NCBI GenBank assembly: GCA_001000675.1
Contig: LCHW01000001.1
Location: forward strand, 289,424 to 353,423
Reading direction: 5' to 3'
DNA length: 64,000 nucleotides
Origin: Candidatus Wolfebacteria bacterium GW2011_GWE2_44_13
GTDB lineage: Bacteria; Patescibacteriota; Minisyncoccia; UBA6257; UBA9933
Both the position numbers and the translations under genes were made by a program. Below the pieces are notes generated by a model, which was not told where the DNA came from, made no database searches, and saw nothing but the letters and a program-made list of their open reading frames with translations. Shown here one piece after another: positions 1-10,206 of this stretch (the stretch's first letter is position 1; every line of letters starts with the position of its first letter).

Positions 1-29
1 AGGGTTTTTTGTGATATATTTTCCACATT

Positions 30-1271
30 GTGAAAAAACACGCCAGACTTATTTTAACCGGTATTGTACTTGTAGCCGCTTTGGCTGCAGTGTTTGTTCT
101 CCCAATATCGAAAAAACCGTTTGATTTCGGAAAGCAGATCGCTCCATGGAGATTGGGGCTTGATCTTGTTGGTGGGTCGCATCTGGTCTATGAAGTAGAC
201 ATGTCTAATGTCACTGCAAGCGATCGTGATTCGGTCATGAGTGGATTAAAAGACGTTATTGAACGTCGCGTAAATTTATTCGGTGTTAGTGAGCCGCAGG
301 TTGTTACTGCACGAGAAGGAGATTCTTATCGCCTTATCGTTGAGCTTGCCGGTATTCCTGTTGATCAGGCTATTAAGCAAATCGGAGAAACTCCAATGCT
401 TGATTTCCGTGAAGTCATTGAAGTCGGTACATCGACCGCTTTCTTGCCGACACAGCTCACTGGGCGTTATCTAAAAAAGGCGCAAATGACTTTTGATCAA
501 ACAATTGGCACACCAAGCGTGAGCCTTGAGTTTAACGAAGAAGGTGCCGCATTGTTCGAAGAATTAACAGGGCGCAATGTTGGAAAACCGATTGCAATCT
601 TTTTGGACGGACAGCCAATTGAAGTTCCTACTGTAAGCGAAAAAATTTCCGGAGGAACCGCGCAGATTACGGGTAAGTTTACTACTGACGAAGCCCGTAA
701 GATGGTAGAGCGATTTAATGCGGGTGCACTATCTGCTCCTATGGAGTTAGTGAGTCAGCAAACTGTTGGTGCAAGTCTTGGACAAGAGTCATTAAAGAAA
801 GCAGTTAACGCGGGACTTCTTGGAACCATTATCATTATGTTGTTCATGCTCGCATATTATCGCGGGTTTGGATTATACGCATCAATTGCGTTGATTATTT
901 ACATCTTCCTATCATTGGCAATATTTAAGCTTGGTGTCACTATGACCCTTGCTGGTATTGCAGGATACATTCTTTCTATCGGTATGGCTGTTGATGCAAA
1001 CGTGCTTATCTTCGAGCGCACTAAGGAAGAATTGAAAAAAGGTATTTCGAAGTCTGCTGCAATTGAAGAAGGATTTCGCCGTGCATGGCCTTCAATTCGC
1101 GACTCAAACATCTCGACGGGCATTACCTGCGCAATCTTGTTTGTTACTACTTCGAGCTTTGTGAAAGGATTTGCATTGACGCTTGGTATCGGTGTGCTTG
1201 TGAGTATGTTCACGGCAATTACCGTAACTAGATTGCTCATGTACACAATCGCTTTAAAAGCAAAAAAGTAA
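30..1271 (+). CDS. secD: protein-export membrane protein SecD
   Basis: 413-aa ORF with an N-terminal TM segment, a periplasmic domain and a C-terminal six-TM SecD/SecF-type bundle (GLDLVGGSHLVYEV..., ...VDANVLIFER). It is followed immediately by secF. Confidence 0.9.
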   Translation: MKKHARLILTGIVLVAALAAVFVLPISKKPFDFGKQIAPWRLGLDLVGGSHLVYEVDMSNVTASDRDSVMSGLKDVIERRVNLFGVSEPQVVTAREGDSYRLIVELAGIPVDQAIKQIGETPMLDFREVIEVGTSTAFLPTQLTGRYLKKAQMTFDQTIGTPSVSLEFNEEGAALFEELTGRNVGKPIAIFLDGQPIEVPTVSEKISGGTAQITGKFTTDEARKMVERFNAGALSAPMELVSQQTVGASLGQESLKKAVNAGLLGTIIIMLFMLAYYRGFGLYASIALIIYIFLSLAIFKLGVTMTLAGIAGYILSIGMAVDANVLIFERTKEELKKGISKSAAIEEGFRRAWPSIRDSNISTGITCAILFVTTSSFVKGFALTLGIGVLVSMFTAITVTRLLMYTIALKAKK

Positions 1272-1295
1272 CCTTAGTCACTATTTAATCGGTCT

Positions 1296-2183
1296 ATGAA
1301 TATCATAAAAAACAAAGCATGGTTTCTCGGATTTTCCGGCCTATTGATTGTAGCGAGCATTGCTGCACTAGCGCTGTTTGGGCTGAAGACGGGCATCGAT
1401 TTCCGAGGAGGAGCGATGTGGCAAGTTAAGCAGGTTTCTGGAGAGGTTATTATGGATGATGTGGCGTTGAAGAATTTTCTTACCACAAATCTTGAAGATA
1501 AGAATTTTGTGCTGTTTCCTGTTGCAGAAGGGGGATACCTTATCCGCATGGCCGCCGTTTCTGAGGAAATGCACCAACAGTATTTGAGTGATTTGCGAAC
1601 CACGTTTGGCACTATCGAAGAAGGACAATTTCAATCAATTGGTTCTACGATTGGTCAGGAGCTGAAGAACAAGTCACTTTGGGCTATCGTGTACGTTGTT
1701 TTGGGTATTTCTTTGTATGTCACGTATGCATTTCGAAAAGTTTCCTATCCGGTTAAGTCTTGGAAGTACGGTGTCATTACCTTGATAACGCTGTTACATG
1801 ACGTAATTGTGCCGGCAGGAGTATTCGCAGTTCTTGGGTGGAAGTTTGGCATTGAAATAGACACCAATTTTATTGTCGCGTTGCTCGTGGTTATGGGCTT
1901 TTCTGTGCACGATACTATCGTTGTGTTTGACCGAGTTCGTGAAAATGTGCTCAATCACAGTGCGAATACTTCATTTGCCGAGGTTGTAAACAAGAGTATT
2001 AACCAGACATTTGCACGTTCTATCAATACGTCGTTGACCGTTTTGGTTGTACTTGTCGCTCTGTATTTCTTTGGCCCAGCTACTTTACAGTACTTTGTTC
2101 TTACCTTGCTTATCGGTATTGCAATGGGAACATACTCGTCAATATTCGTTGCGAGCCCGCTCTTGACAATATTTCGTAAATGA
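1296..2183 (+). CDS. secF: protein-export membrane protein SecF
   Basis: 295-aa ORF directly downstream of secD with SecF-type TM topology (GIDFRGG..., HDTIVVFDRVREN). Confidence 0.9.
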   Translation: MNIIKNKAWFLGFSGLLIVASIAALALFGLKTGIDFRGGAMWQVKQVSGEVIMDDVALKNFLTTNLEDKNFVLFPVAEGGYLIRMAAVSEEMHQQYLSDLRTTFGTIEEGQFQSIGSTIGQELKNKSLWAIVYVVLGISLYVTYAFRKVSYPVKSWKYGVITLITLLHDVIVPAGVFAVLGWKFGIEIDTNFIVALLVVMGFSVHDTIVVFDRVRENVLNHSANTSFAEVVNKSINQTFARSINTSLTVLVVLVALYFFGPATLQYFVLTLLIGIAMGTYSSIFVASPLLTIFRK

Positions 2184-2223
2184 AGTAGAGTTTAATCACA
2201 CTAAATTGGTAGGTTAAAACACT

Positions 2224-3252
2224 ATGAAGAACGTAGGAAACATAATCGAACACGTAACACACACCCTCTCTGCCCGACAACGAGAAATCGTTGAGGAGCG
2301 GTTTGGGCTTCGGGATAACCAGGAAAAGACCTTACAGGAGCTTGGCGAGCGCAACGGGATTACCCGAGAGCGCGTTCGTCAAATCGAAGCTGAAGGGCTT
2401 CGTTTGGCACGGGAGCATTTTAAGGATAGTGATGGCGACCAGTTGGTTGCTATTGCGAAAGCACACTTAACATCATTAGGTGGCATCCGTAAGGAAAACG
2501 ATTTTGTAAAGGATATGCAGACCATCCTTAAGGATGATTCTGTAAATCAGTGTCAACTTCGCTTCTTGTTCAAGATTGCTGGTGAGCCAATGCACTACAA
2601 CGAAGACGATAGTTTCTATAGCTTCTGGTGCTTAGACAAAGCAATCATCAAGAAAGCAGAAACATTTATCGAAAAGGCAGTAAAGTTTTTTGGAGGGAAA
2701 AAGGAAGAGCTTGTATTTAAAGGCCAGTTCGATCCTCACTTTAAACAGCTTGCGACAGCCTCGAATGTTGATCTCGTTGCGGGTATGGATTACCTGAGCA
2801 TTTCTAAGAAGTTTGCTACCAATCCTTATTCTGATTTTGGACTTTCCCATTGGGAAGAAATAACTCCAAAGACGGCACGCGCAAAGGCATATTTGATCTT
2901 GCGAAAGCATGGCAAGCCAATGCACTTCCGTGACATTGCAGGGACTATTAATACCACTGGATTTGATAAAAAGCCGGTATACGCACAAACAATTCATAAC
3001 GAATTAATCAAGGACAATCGTTTTGTCTTGGTTGGACGAGGTATGTATGGTTTGACTGAACATGGATTTTTCCCAGGAACTGCGAAGGATGTTATCCGAC
3101 AAGTTCTTATTGATAACGGACCGCTTGCACAGCAAAATGTTGTACAGATGGTTTCATCACAGCGATTTCTTAAAGAAAATACTATTTTGCTTAACTTGCA
3201 AAACAAGAAACACTTCAAGCGCTTAGAAGACGGAACATATCACGTTGCATAA
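2224..3252 (+). CDS. sigma-70 region-4-like HTH domain protein with a ~270-aa C-terminal domain of unknown function
   Basis: N-terminal LSARQREIVEERFGL...TLQELGERNGITRERVRQIEAEGLRLAR is a classic sigma-70 region 4.2 helix-turn-helix. No region 2 is visible. A rho-independent terminator follows. Confidence 0.55.
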   Translation: MKNVGNIIEHVTHTLSARQREIVEERFGLRDNQEKTLQELGERNGITRERVRQIEAEGLRLAREHFKDSDGDQLVAIAKAHLTSLGGIRKENDFVKDMQTILKDDSVNQCQLRFLFKIAGEPMHYNEDDSFYSFWCLDKAIIKKAETFIEKAVKFFGGKKEELVFKGQFDPHFKQLATASNVDLVAGMDYLSISKKFATNPYSDFGLSHWEEITPKTARAKAYLILRKHGKPMHFRDIAGTINTTGFDKKPVYAQTIHNELIKDNRFVLVGRGMYGLTEHGFFPGTAKDVIRQVLIDNGPLAQQNVVQMVSSQRFLKENTILLNLQNKKHFKRLEDGTYHVA

Positions 3253-3255
3253 TAA

Positions 3256-3291
3256 AAAAGAAGCACTAACTGTGCTTCTTTTTTTAAACTA
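3256..3291 (+). terminator. rho-independent terminator
   Basis: Hairpin gaagcac-taact-gtgcttc followed by a T-run. Confidence 0.5.
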
Positions 3292-3361
3292 TGTATTAGC
3301 ATGCTAGTTGGCATACGGTTGGTAAAACGGTATACTAGAAAGAGTAAATCATCGAGAGGAT

Positions 3362-4705
3362 ATGCAAGAAATTTTTAATTATTTATTTGGCGGGTTGCCT
3401 ATACCTGCGATTGTGAGTGAGATTGGACTCGGCATCTTGCAGAGTATCTTTGAGGTTTTTTCGTATGTATGGTGGATTGTGCTCCCCGTGTTTCTTTCCT
3501 TTTACTTATGGGATCTGTATGTTGCTGCAAATAAAAAAGCAGCGGGGAAGGCGGCAAAATCTGTCGTACTTGAACTTCGTATTCCAAAAGAGAATCTTCG
3601 CAGCCCAAAGGCTATGGAGCAGGTATTTGCCACACTCCACGGTACGTACGAGGGCGAGATTGGCTGGTGGGATAAAAACATCAAGGGCAAGTCGCAAAGT
3701 TCAATGTCGTTTGAAATGGTTGGACGCAGTGGCGGGGTCTATTTCTATATTCGCGTTCCCGATGGACAACGCAACTTAGTGGAGTCTGCTCTTTTTGCTC
3801 AATATCCGAACGCAGAAATTTCCATTGTCGATGACTATGTTGATTATTTGCCGGCGTCGCTTCCAAACCCCGTGTATGATGTGTGGGGCGCTGACCTGGT
3901 TCTTGATAAAGAGAGTGCATATCCGATAAAGACATACCTCTATTTTGAAGAAAAAGAAGAAGAGCAGCGTCTTGATCCGCTTACGGTTATTTTGGAAACC
4001 ATGTCAAAGTTGCGCGAGAATGAAATGATTTTCTTGCAATACGTTATCAAGGCAACGGGAGAAAAGACAAATGATTACAAAAAGAAAGGACAAGCAATCG
4101 TTGATAAGATGCTTGGCAGGGAAGTAAAGGAAGTTGTGGAGCTGGGTGTGTTTGAGCACTTGTTGTTGTGGGTGCAAAATTTCTTGACCGCGTTTATCGC
4201 TGAGCCGAAGTGGCCAGAACCACCTAAAAAGTCAGAAGCCGCTCCTAAGTCTATCGCATCCCTAAGCTTTACCGAAAAGGAAGTACTTGAAGGAATAGAA
4301 GGGAAAATTTCAAAGTTGTGTTTTGAAGTAAATGTACGTGCGGTGTATATCGACCGACAAGAGTCTTTTCATAAGGCGTATATTAGTGGTATTACAAGTG
4401 CGTTTAAGCAATTTGGATCACATCACATCAATTCATTTAAAACAAACAAAGATACATCAGTAAGCCCACCGAAAGGATTTAAGGCATGGGTATTCTCTGA
4501 TTGGAAAAAACAGCAGGAATATTTGAAAAAGCGTGCGATGTTTACTGCATATAAGGAGCGATCGATGATTAAAAAACCGCCCGTTTTCTCTATTGAAGAA
4601 TTAGCAACACTCTATCACGTACCGACATCGTTGGTGGGTGCTCCAAGTATGCGACGTATTGAGGCAAAGAAAGGCGAGCCACCAGAGAATTTACCTATTG
4701 GATAA
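3362..4705 (+). CDS. membrane protein (two N-terminal TM helices plus ~380-aa soluble domain), partner of the downstream ATPase
   Basis: 447-aa ORF with hydrophobic segments IPAIVSEIGLGILQSIFEVF and WWIVLPVFLSFYLW. It sits 17 nt upstream of the ATPase gene on the same strand. Confidence 0.5.
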   Translation: MQEIFNYLFGGLPIPAIVSEIGLGILQSIFEVFSYVWWIVLPVFLSFYLWDLYVAANKKAAGKAAKSVVLELRIPKENLRSPKAMEQVFATLHGTYEGEIGWWDKNIKGKSQSSMSFEMVGRSGGVYFYIRVPDGQRNLVESALFAQYPNAEISIVDDYVDYLPASLPNPVYDVWGADLVLDKESAYPIKTYLYFEEKEEEQRLDPLTVILETMSKLRENEMIFLQYVIKATGEKTNDYKKKGQAIVDKMLGREVKEVVELGVFEHLLLWVQNFLTAFIAEPKWPEPPKKSEAAPKSIASLSFTEKEVLEGIEGKISKLCFEVNVRAVYIDRQESFHKAYISGITSAFKQFGSHHINSFKTNKDTSVSPPKGFKAWVFSDWKKQQEYLKKRAMFTAYKERSMIKKPPVFSIEELATLYHVPTSLVGAPSMRRIEAKKGEPPENLPIG

Positions 4706-4721
4706 TTGTTCCTAAATACCC

Positions 4722-6593
4722 ATGAGTAACAAAGAAGTTTCAATTTTTGCAAAAACAAATTTTCGCAACCAAAGCGTTAATTTTGGTATCAAGGCGAATG
4801 ACCGATTGCGTCATATGTATCTTATTGGGAAGAGTGGTACGGGAAAAACGACGCTGATGAAAAACTTGATGATCAATGATATCAAGAACGGTTTCGGCGT
4901 TGCGGTGCTTGACCCACATGGAGAATTCGTGGAAGAGCTTTTGAAGCACGTGCCCGAAGACCGTATTAAGGATGTTATCTATGTGAATCCGTCTGATATT
5001 GAAAATCCGGTTGGCTTTAATCCGCTCGAGCGTGTTGGGGAAGAACACGCGCACCTTGTCGCTTCGGCCGTCATGGGCGTATTTCAAAAGATTTGGGTGG
5101 ATGCATGGTCCGCGCGTATGGAATACATTTTAAACAATACATTGTTGGCGTTGCTGGAATATCCAGGCACAACGCTCTTGAGTATTATGCGTATGCTTGC
5201 GGAGAAGGAATATCGTTTGAAGGTTGTGTCTAATTTGAAAGATCCGGTCATTAAATCGTTTTGGGAAAACGAGTTTGCAAAATATACCGACAAATTTATG
5301 ACCGAGGCCATCGCGCCGTTGCAAAACAAGGTTGGGCAATTTAGTTCCAACCCGGTCATCCGTAATATTATCGGGCAGCCAAAATCGACCATCAATATGC
5401 GCAAGGCAATGGATGAAGGAAAGATTCTTATCTGCAATCTTTCGCAGGGAAGATTGGGTGAGGACAATTCCGCACTGCTTGGCGCTATGATCATCACAAA
5501 GATTCAGCTTGCGGCAATGAGTCGTATTGATATGCCCGAGGCAGAACGAAGGCCATTCTTTCTATACATCGATGAGTTCCAAAACTTTTCGACGGGTGCG
5601 TTTACAAAGATTTTTGCTGAAGCCCGCAAGTATGGCCTTGGCCTGGTGCTCGCCCACCAGTACGTCGATCAGCTCAAACAGGAAGAAGGTCTTGCGGAAG
5701 CGATCGTCGGAAACGTCGGTACGTTGGCGATGTTCCGGGTTGGCTCAATTGACGCCATGTTCTTTGAACATGAGTTTGAACCCGAATTCACTCCGCAGGA
5801 TATGATTGGCTTATCAAATCGACATATTTATCTTAAATTATTGGTTGACGGTCAGGCATCTCGACCGTTTTCCGCCGAGACGCTGCCGCCGTATCCAATC
5901 CCACAGCCCAATTACGAGGACGTCATTATTGAAAATTCTCGGAGAAATTACTCAATGCCCAAGGCATTGGTTGATGAAATGATATCCAAAGAATACATGG
6001 GGTCGGGAAAAGCATCGATGGACGACAAGGTTATGCGCCGCGATGAAAAATCACTGGGGTCAATGCTAACTCCTCGCGAACATTCGGCGAAGCGTGACTA
6101 TCCAAGGCAAGATAACAACAATCGCTCTTCAGAGCGACCGAGACCGGCTACATCAAATACTTCTCCTGCAAAACCCGCTTTTGGTGGAGATAGGCGCGTT
6201 GATTCCAATCAGCAGCGACCCTTCGTCCGTCAGGTGACGGATCAGGGTAAGTCCATTGTTCGTCCGCCGATGCACCACGATAAAACGCCTAACCCTGATT
6301 CTGCGTTTGCTAAGATAGTTTCTGGGGAACCTATGTCTCGCCCTGTAACGAACCATGATCGGCCAAAGCATGTGTATGAAAAAAAGCCGGTCAATATTGA
6401 TGACTTGAAAAAGGCAATCGAAGAATCGTTGCAAAAAAGAAAGGAAATTAAGCCCTTCGACTCCGCTCCCTCCTTCGCTAAAGCTGCGGAAGGCAAGCAG
6501 AACAAGCCCCTCGGCGCTGCTCAGGACAAGCAGCCTGAAGAAAAGACTGTGCAACCACCAAAGGATATTGAGGGAAATAGCTCTACCCTTTGA
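4722..6593 (+). CDS. VirD4/TraD/HerA-like P-loop NTPase (coupling-protein-like) with a long disordered C-terminal tail
   Basis: Walker A LIGKSGTGKTTL near the N-terminus, Walker B FFLYIDEFQNF, and LVLAHQY. There is no N-terminal TM segment. The last ~250 aa are low-complexity and rich in P/K/Q/S. Confidence 0.6.
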   Translation: MSNKEVSIFAKTNFRNQSVNFGIKANDRLRHMYLIGKSGTGKTTLMKNLMINDIKNGFGVAVLDPHGEFVEELLKHVPEDRIKDVIYVNPSDIENPVGFNPLERVGEEHAHLVASAVMGVFQKIWVDAWSARMEYILNNTLLALLEYPGTTLLSIMRMLAEKEYRLKVVSNLKDPVIKSFWENEFAKYTDKFMTEAIAPLQNKVGQFSSNPVIRNIIGQPKSTINMRKAMDEGKILICNLSQGRLGEDNSALLGAMIITKIQLAAMSRIDMPEAERRPFFLYIDEFQNFSTGAFTKIFAEARKYGLGLVLAHQYVDQLKQEEGLAEAIVGNVGTLAMFRVGSIDAMFFEHEFEPEFTPQDMIGLSNRHIYLKLLVDGQASRPFSAETLPPYPIPQPNYEDVIIENSRRNYSMPKALVDEMISKEYMGSGKASMDDKVMRRDEKSLGSMLTPREHSAKRDYPRQDNNNRSSERPRPATSNTSPAKPAFGGDRRVDSNQQRPFVRQVTDQGKSIVRPPMHHDKTPNPDSAFAKIVSGEPMSRPVTNHDRPKHVYEKKPVNIDDLKKAIEESLQKRKEIKPFDSAPSFAKAAEGKQNKPLGAAQDKQPEEKTVQPPKDIEGNSSTL

Positions 6594-6699
6594 TTTTTGA
6601 GGAAAATTTGGTACAACAGTATACAAACGTAATTATTAATTATCTTCGGTGAGGCACTTAGCTACTTAGTACGGCGCCTTGCTCTGAGGAAAAATTCGC

Positions 6700-7272
6700 A
6701 TGTTAGATATTAACGATTTAGAAAAAGGAAGTTCTATTATTATGGATGGGGACCCGTTTACTGTCCTTGAAATTTCGCACCAACACGTAGGGCGTGGCGG
6801 TTCTTCTATACAGACAAAATTGAAGAATTTACGCACAGGGCAAGTGTTGTCGCGTAACTTTAAGCCAGCGGATGAATTTGAAGAAGCTGAAGTTGAGGAA
6901 TTAAAAGCAAAATATTTATATGTAGCGAAAGGGGAGTATTGGTTTTCTGAACTCGCAAATCCAGGTAAGCGCTTTAGCTTGACCGAAGAAACGATTGGCG
7001 ACCAAAAAGATTTTCTTAAGCCAGAAATGGAGCTTGTTGCACTTATTTTTAGCGAAAAGATTTTTGCTGTACGATTGCCAATTAAGATTGAATATCTTGT
7101 TGTTGAAGCTCCACCGGCGATTAAAGGGAACACTGCACAAGGGGGAACGAAGGTTGTTGTTATTGAATCCGGCGCAAAGGTAAACGTTCCGATGTTTATT
7201 GGTGAAAACGATATCATCCGCGTCAATACACAGACAGGTGAATATGCAGAACGTGTAGAAAAAGGGAAATAA
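6700..7272 (+). CDS. efp: translation elongation factor P
   Basis: 190-aa ORF with KPGKG-type loop region (HQHVGRGGSSIQTKLKNLRTGQ) and the typical three-domain length. Confidence 0.9.
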   Translation: MLDINDLEKGSSIIMDGDPFTVLEISHQHVGRGGSSIQTKLKNLRTGQVLSRNFKPADEFEEAEVEELKAKYLYVAKGEYWFSELANPGKRFSLTEETIGDQKDFLKPEMELVALIFSEKIFAVRLPIKIEYLVVEAPPAIKGNTAQGGTKVVVIESGAKVNVPMFIGENDIIRVNTQTGEYAERVEKGK

Positions 7273-7286
7273 CAAAATTTGTAGGC

Positions 7287-7910
7287 ATGAATTTCTCTTC
7301 ACTACAAGCATTACTTTCTTCAGGCATTGATTTGATACCGTTCGCATTCTTTGTGGTAATGGTTATTAGTGCTGGATACGTATATCTTCGCTCTCCGTTG
7401 TTAGGCGGGCAGCGTTTAGCTGTATTTACCCGACTTATTGTTGCCGTGGTTAGTTTTCGCATTGCATTTGCTGCTGCAAAAAGCGGTTTACAATATTATG
7501 CTTGGGTGCAAGACGAGTTAGGAAAGTTACTGCTTCCGCCAACGCAACCTATCACGTATTTTTTTCAGTACATATGGACGCATTTTTGGGCCAATGTCGT
7601 TCTTTCGCTTGGGGTTGGATTACTTACGTTTATTGTCTTGCGTACTTTACAAAAAAAGAATCAACGATTCTTTGATGTGGGTGAAGTTGAGCTAGGCACA
7701 TTACTTGCGCTTGTTGTTGGGTGGCCCCATTTTGTTGTGTTTGTTCCGCTCGTTTTTGTACTTGTGGTGCTTATTAGCATTATTCGTGGCATCGTAGTAA
7801 AGGAACCGTTTACCACCCTTGGGTTACCCTTTATTGTCGCAGCATGTATTGCGTTATTTACTGCAGTGCCCGTACTTACGTTTCTGCACCTTGAGGAGTG
7901 GATTATGTAA
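7287..7910 (+). CDS. polytopic membrane protein (possibly prepilin-peptidase-like)
   Basis: 207-aa ORF that is almost entirely hydrophobic helices. No diagnostic catalytic motif was confirmed. Confidence 0.4.
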   Translation: MNFSSLQALLSSGIDLIPFAFFVVMVISAGYVYLRSPLLGGQRLAVFTRLIVAVVSFRIAFAAAKSGLQYYAWVQDELGKLLLPPTQPITYFFQYIWTHFWANVVLSLGVGLLTFIVLRTLQKKNQRFFDVGEVELGTLLALVVGWPHFVVFVPLVFVLVVLISIIRGIVVKEPFTTLGLPFIVAACIALFTAVPVLTFLHLEEWIM

Positions 7911-7959
7911 GAGTGCTTGGGGTTTACATTCTGTTGAATTTTGGTAGGCTATCGGGACT

Positions 7960-9048
7960 ATGGGTGCGCAAAAGAAAAAAGTTTTTGTCATGATGTCGGG
8001 TGGCGTTGATTCAAGCGTCGCCGCTTTTTTGTTGCGCGAGCAGGGAGCGTATGAAGTTATTGGCGTTTTTATTAAAGGCTATAACGTCGATGGCTGCCAA
8101 GACCGAGAAGCGGAGGATGCGCGAAGAGTTGCAGAGCACTTAAGAATTTCTTTTTATGTAATTGATCTTGAGGAAGAATACAAACATTTCGTAGTGGAGT
8201 ATTTGGTAAACGGGTATCGTAATGGTATTACGCCAAACCCAGATGTGATGTGCAATAAAGAAATAAAGTTTGGTGTATTTTTAGAAAAGGCGCTTGCGCT
8301 GGGTGCTGATTTTGTGGCTACGGGACACTACGTTCAAATTACAAGCACCAAGGTACAAGATGCAAACGGAGACACACAGGTTGTGCATGCATTACAACAG
8401 GGGGTTGATGAAAATAAAGACCAGAGCTATTTCTTATGGACGCTTACGCAAGATCAGCTACAGTACTGCTTGTTTCCAATAGGCGAGTATACTAAGCCTG
8501 AAATTCGGGTGATAGCCACTAACGCGGGTTTGCCGACGGCACAGAAAAAGGATTCTCAAGGAATTTGTTTTTTGGGAAATATTTCATTACGTGGATTTTT
8601 GGAACAGTACTTACCCAAAAAGCGCGGGGATATTATTACGATGGATGGCGTGAAAGTGGGTGAACATGACGGTGCATGGTTCTACACTATTGGCCAGCGA
8701 CACGGGCTCCATATTGGTGGAGGGCCAGCCTACTTTGTTATCAAAAAAGATGTATTAGATAATATCGTTACCGTTGCTCATGATGACCGATTACTCGCAC
8801 AGGTAATCAATTGTGTTGAGCTTGTTGATATGAATTTTATGGGCGCGCATGCTATCGATTGCCCGAAATCTATCCCCGTTATGGCACGTATTCGCTATCG
8901 CCAACCGTTGTTTTCTGCGACACTCATTGTAGAAGATGAACGGTATCAATTGCAATTTGATGCACCGCAGAAATTTGTTGCTTCGGGACAATCGGCTGTA
9001 CTGTATACTCCCGATGGAGTTGTCGTTGGCGGAGGGATTATCGCATAA
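7960..9048 (+). CDS. mnmA: tRNA-specific 2-thiouridylase MnmA
   Basis: PP-loop motif MMSGGVDSSVAA. Matching length and motifs throughout (CNKEIKF, GHY). Confidence 0.9.
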   Translation: MGAQKKKVFVMMSGGVDSSVAAFLLREQGAYEVIGVFIKGYNVDGCQDREAEDARRVAEHLRISFYVIDLEEEYKHFVVEYLVNGYRNGITPNPDVMCNKEIKFGVFLEKALALGADFVATGHYVQITSTKVQDANGDTQVVHALQQGVDENKDQSYFLWTLTQDQLQYCLFPIGEYTKPEIRVIATNAGLPTAQKKDSQGICFLGNISLRGFLEQYLPKKRGDIITMDGVKVGEHDGAWFYTIGQRHGLHIGGGPAYFVIKKDVLDNIVTVAHDDRLLAQVINCVELVDMNFMGAHAIDCPKSIPVMARIRYRQPLFSATLIVEDERYQLQFDAPQKFVASGQSAVLYTPDGVVVGGGIIA

Positions 9049-9105
9049 CAATTTTATTTTTTACGACAAAAAAATCGACGATTGCCGATTTTTTTGTAGC
9101 GCTCT

Positions 9106-9585
9106 TTATGGGCGAGCGATAAACCAAATGTTATTTACGCCGTGGCCTGTAGTGTCGCCGACGTTCACGTCTTTAATCCAAAAATAGAGCGGCATACCAT
9201 TATAGGTAAGCTGTATTGACCCATCCGCTCTTTGTACTGTTCCGACCTGCCCTGTGATCGTTGAGTCAGCTGCACGCGCTCCTTCTGCGGGGACGATATA
9301 GGGTGGCCAATTTGTGGCGCATGCCCCTGTGCAATTACTTATGCCGATTTTATCATTTGCAAATGTGTAGAGAGAAAAACCGTTTGCTCCAACGATATAG
9401 TTGCCAAGTGTTGCACTGGCCCCTATTTTTAGAACAGCTTCTGTTGCTGTGGCGGGCTGCTGGCGTTCGAGCGAAGTTGGTTCCTGAACCGATTGTGTTG
9501 GAAAGGTCGCCTGATAAGACATTATGTAATAAATGCCTCCAATGATAATAATTCCAACAATCACCCCAATAATTTTCTTATTCAT
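9106..9585 (-). CDS. secreted/lipoprotein with two Yx(FWY)xxD-type repeats (COG4315-like)
   Basis: Likely start is MNKKIIGVIVG..., a signal/TM segment. Two repeats (GFSLYTFANDKIGISNCTGACATNWPPY and GMPLYFWIKDVNVGDTTGHGVNNIWFIA) are characteristic of the 'secreted repeat of unknown function' family. Confidence 0.6.
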   Translation of the reverse strand: MNKKIIGVIVGIIIIGGIYYIMSYQATFPTQSVQEPTSLERQQPATATEAVLKIGASATLGNYIVGANGFSLYTFANDKIGISNCTGACATNWPPYIVPAEGARAADSTITGQVGTVQRADGSIQLTYNGMPLYFWIKDVNVGDTTGHGVNNIWFIARP

Positions 9586-9739
9586 ATTGTGTTTTTGAAA
9601 CAAATGAATTCGACCTTTATGGAAATGTCTTATAAGTAGTATAACAAAATATACCAACGCAATCTATCTTGATAGGTTTGATAAGTTAGTGTATAAAGAA
9701 CTTAGAATAGGGAAAATAAAAAGCAAGGAGGAAAAGCAG

Positions 9740-10078
9740 ATGGCGACGAGAATTTTTGATGAGAAAGCATTAGCAAAAGGCTATCCCATTCAGCCAAGGG
9801 ATATTGACTGGGAAAAAGATTTTTTGAGCATCTTTAGTCCTACTCCTACGGCCAATGCAGCCCGCACTCTTGGCAAGCTCGCACTTGAAAAAGGGGGTTG
9901 GGACCCGTTTACGAGAGAAGAAATTCGCAAGTTTTCTGGCAGCCTTCTCTTTTGCGGACTTTCGGGCGGAGATACATCATCCGCGGAAAAGCTCATTGTC
10001 CTTGGAAAGGATGGCAAGTACAGATATACGGAAGAATTTATCCGTCTCTGCCACTTGGCTTCTTTAACGGTTAAATAG
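9740..10078 (+). CDS. hypothetical protein
   Basis: ATG at 9740 is preceded by aaggagg (9725-9731). 112-aa product. A terminator hairpin follows at ~10097-10130. Confidence 0.4.
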   Translation: MATRIFDEKALAKGYPIQPRDIDWEKDFLSIFSPTPTANAARTLGKLALEKGGWDPFTREEIRKFSGSLLFCGLSGGDTSSAEKLIVLGKDGKYRYTEEFIRLCHLASLTVK

Positions 10079-10206
10079 GTCTGTAGAGGTACTATCGAAG
10101 CCCTGCATTGCGTGGGGCTTCTTTTTTTATTGTAGACTCTTGCGGAATGGCGTATAAGAGGGGATCGGTTTAAACAATACAGTTAATAGCGTATAATAAG
10201 ACCATT

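Noticed and set aside
6153-6626. 157-aa minus ORF across the C-terminal tail of the VirD4-like ATPase
   Set aside because: It lies antisense to the low-complexity tail region, where open frames are expected by composition.
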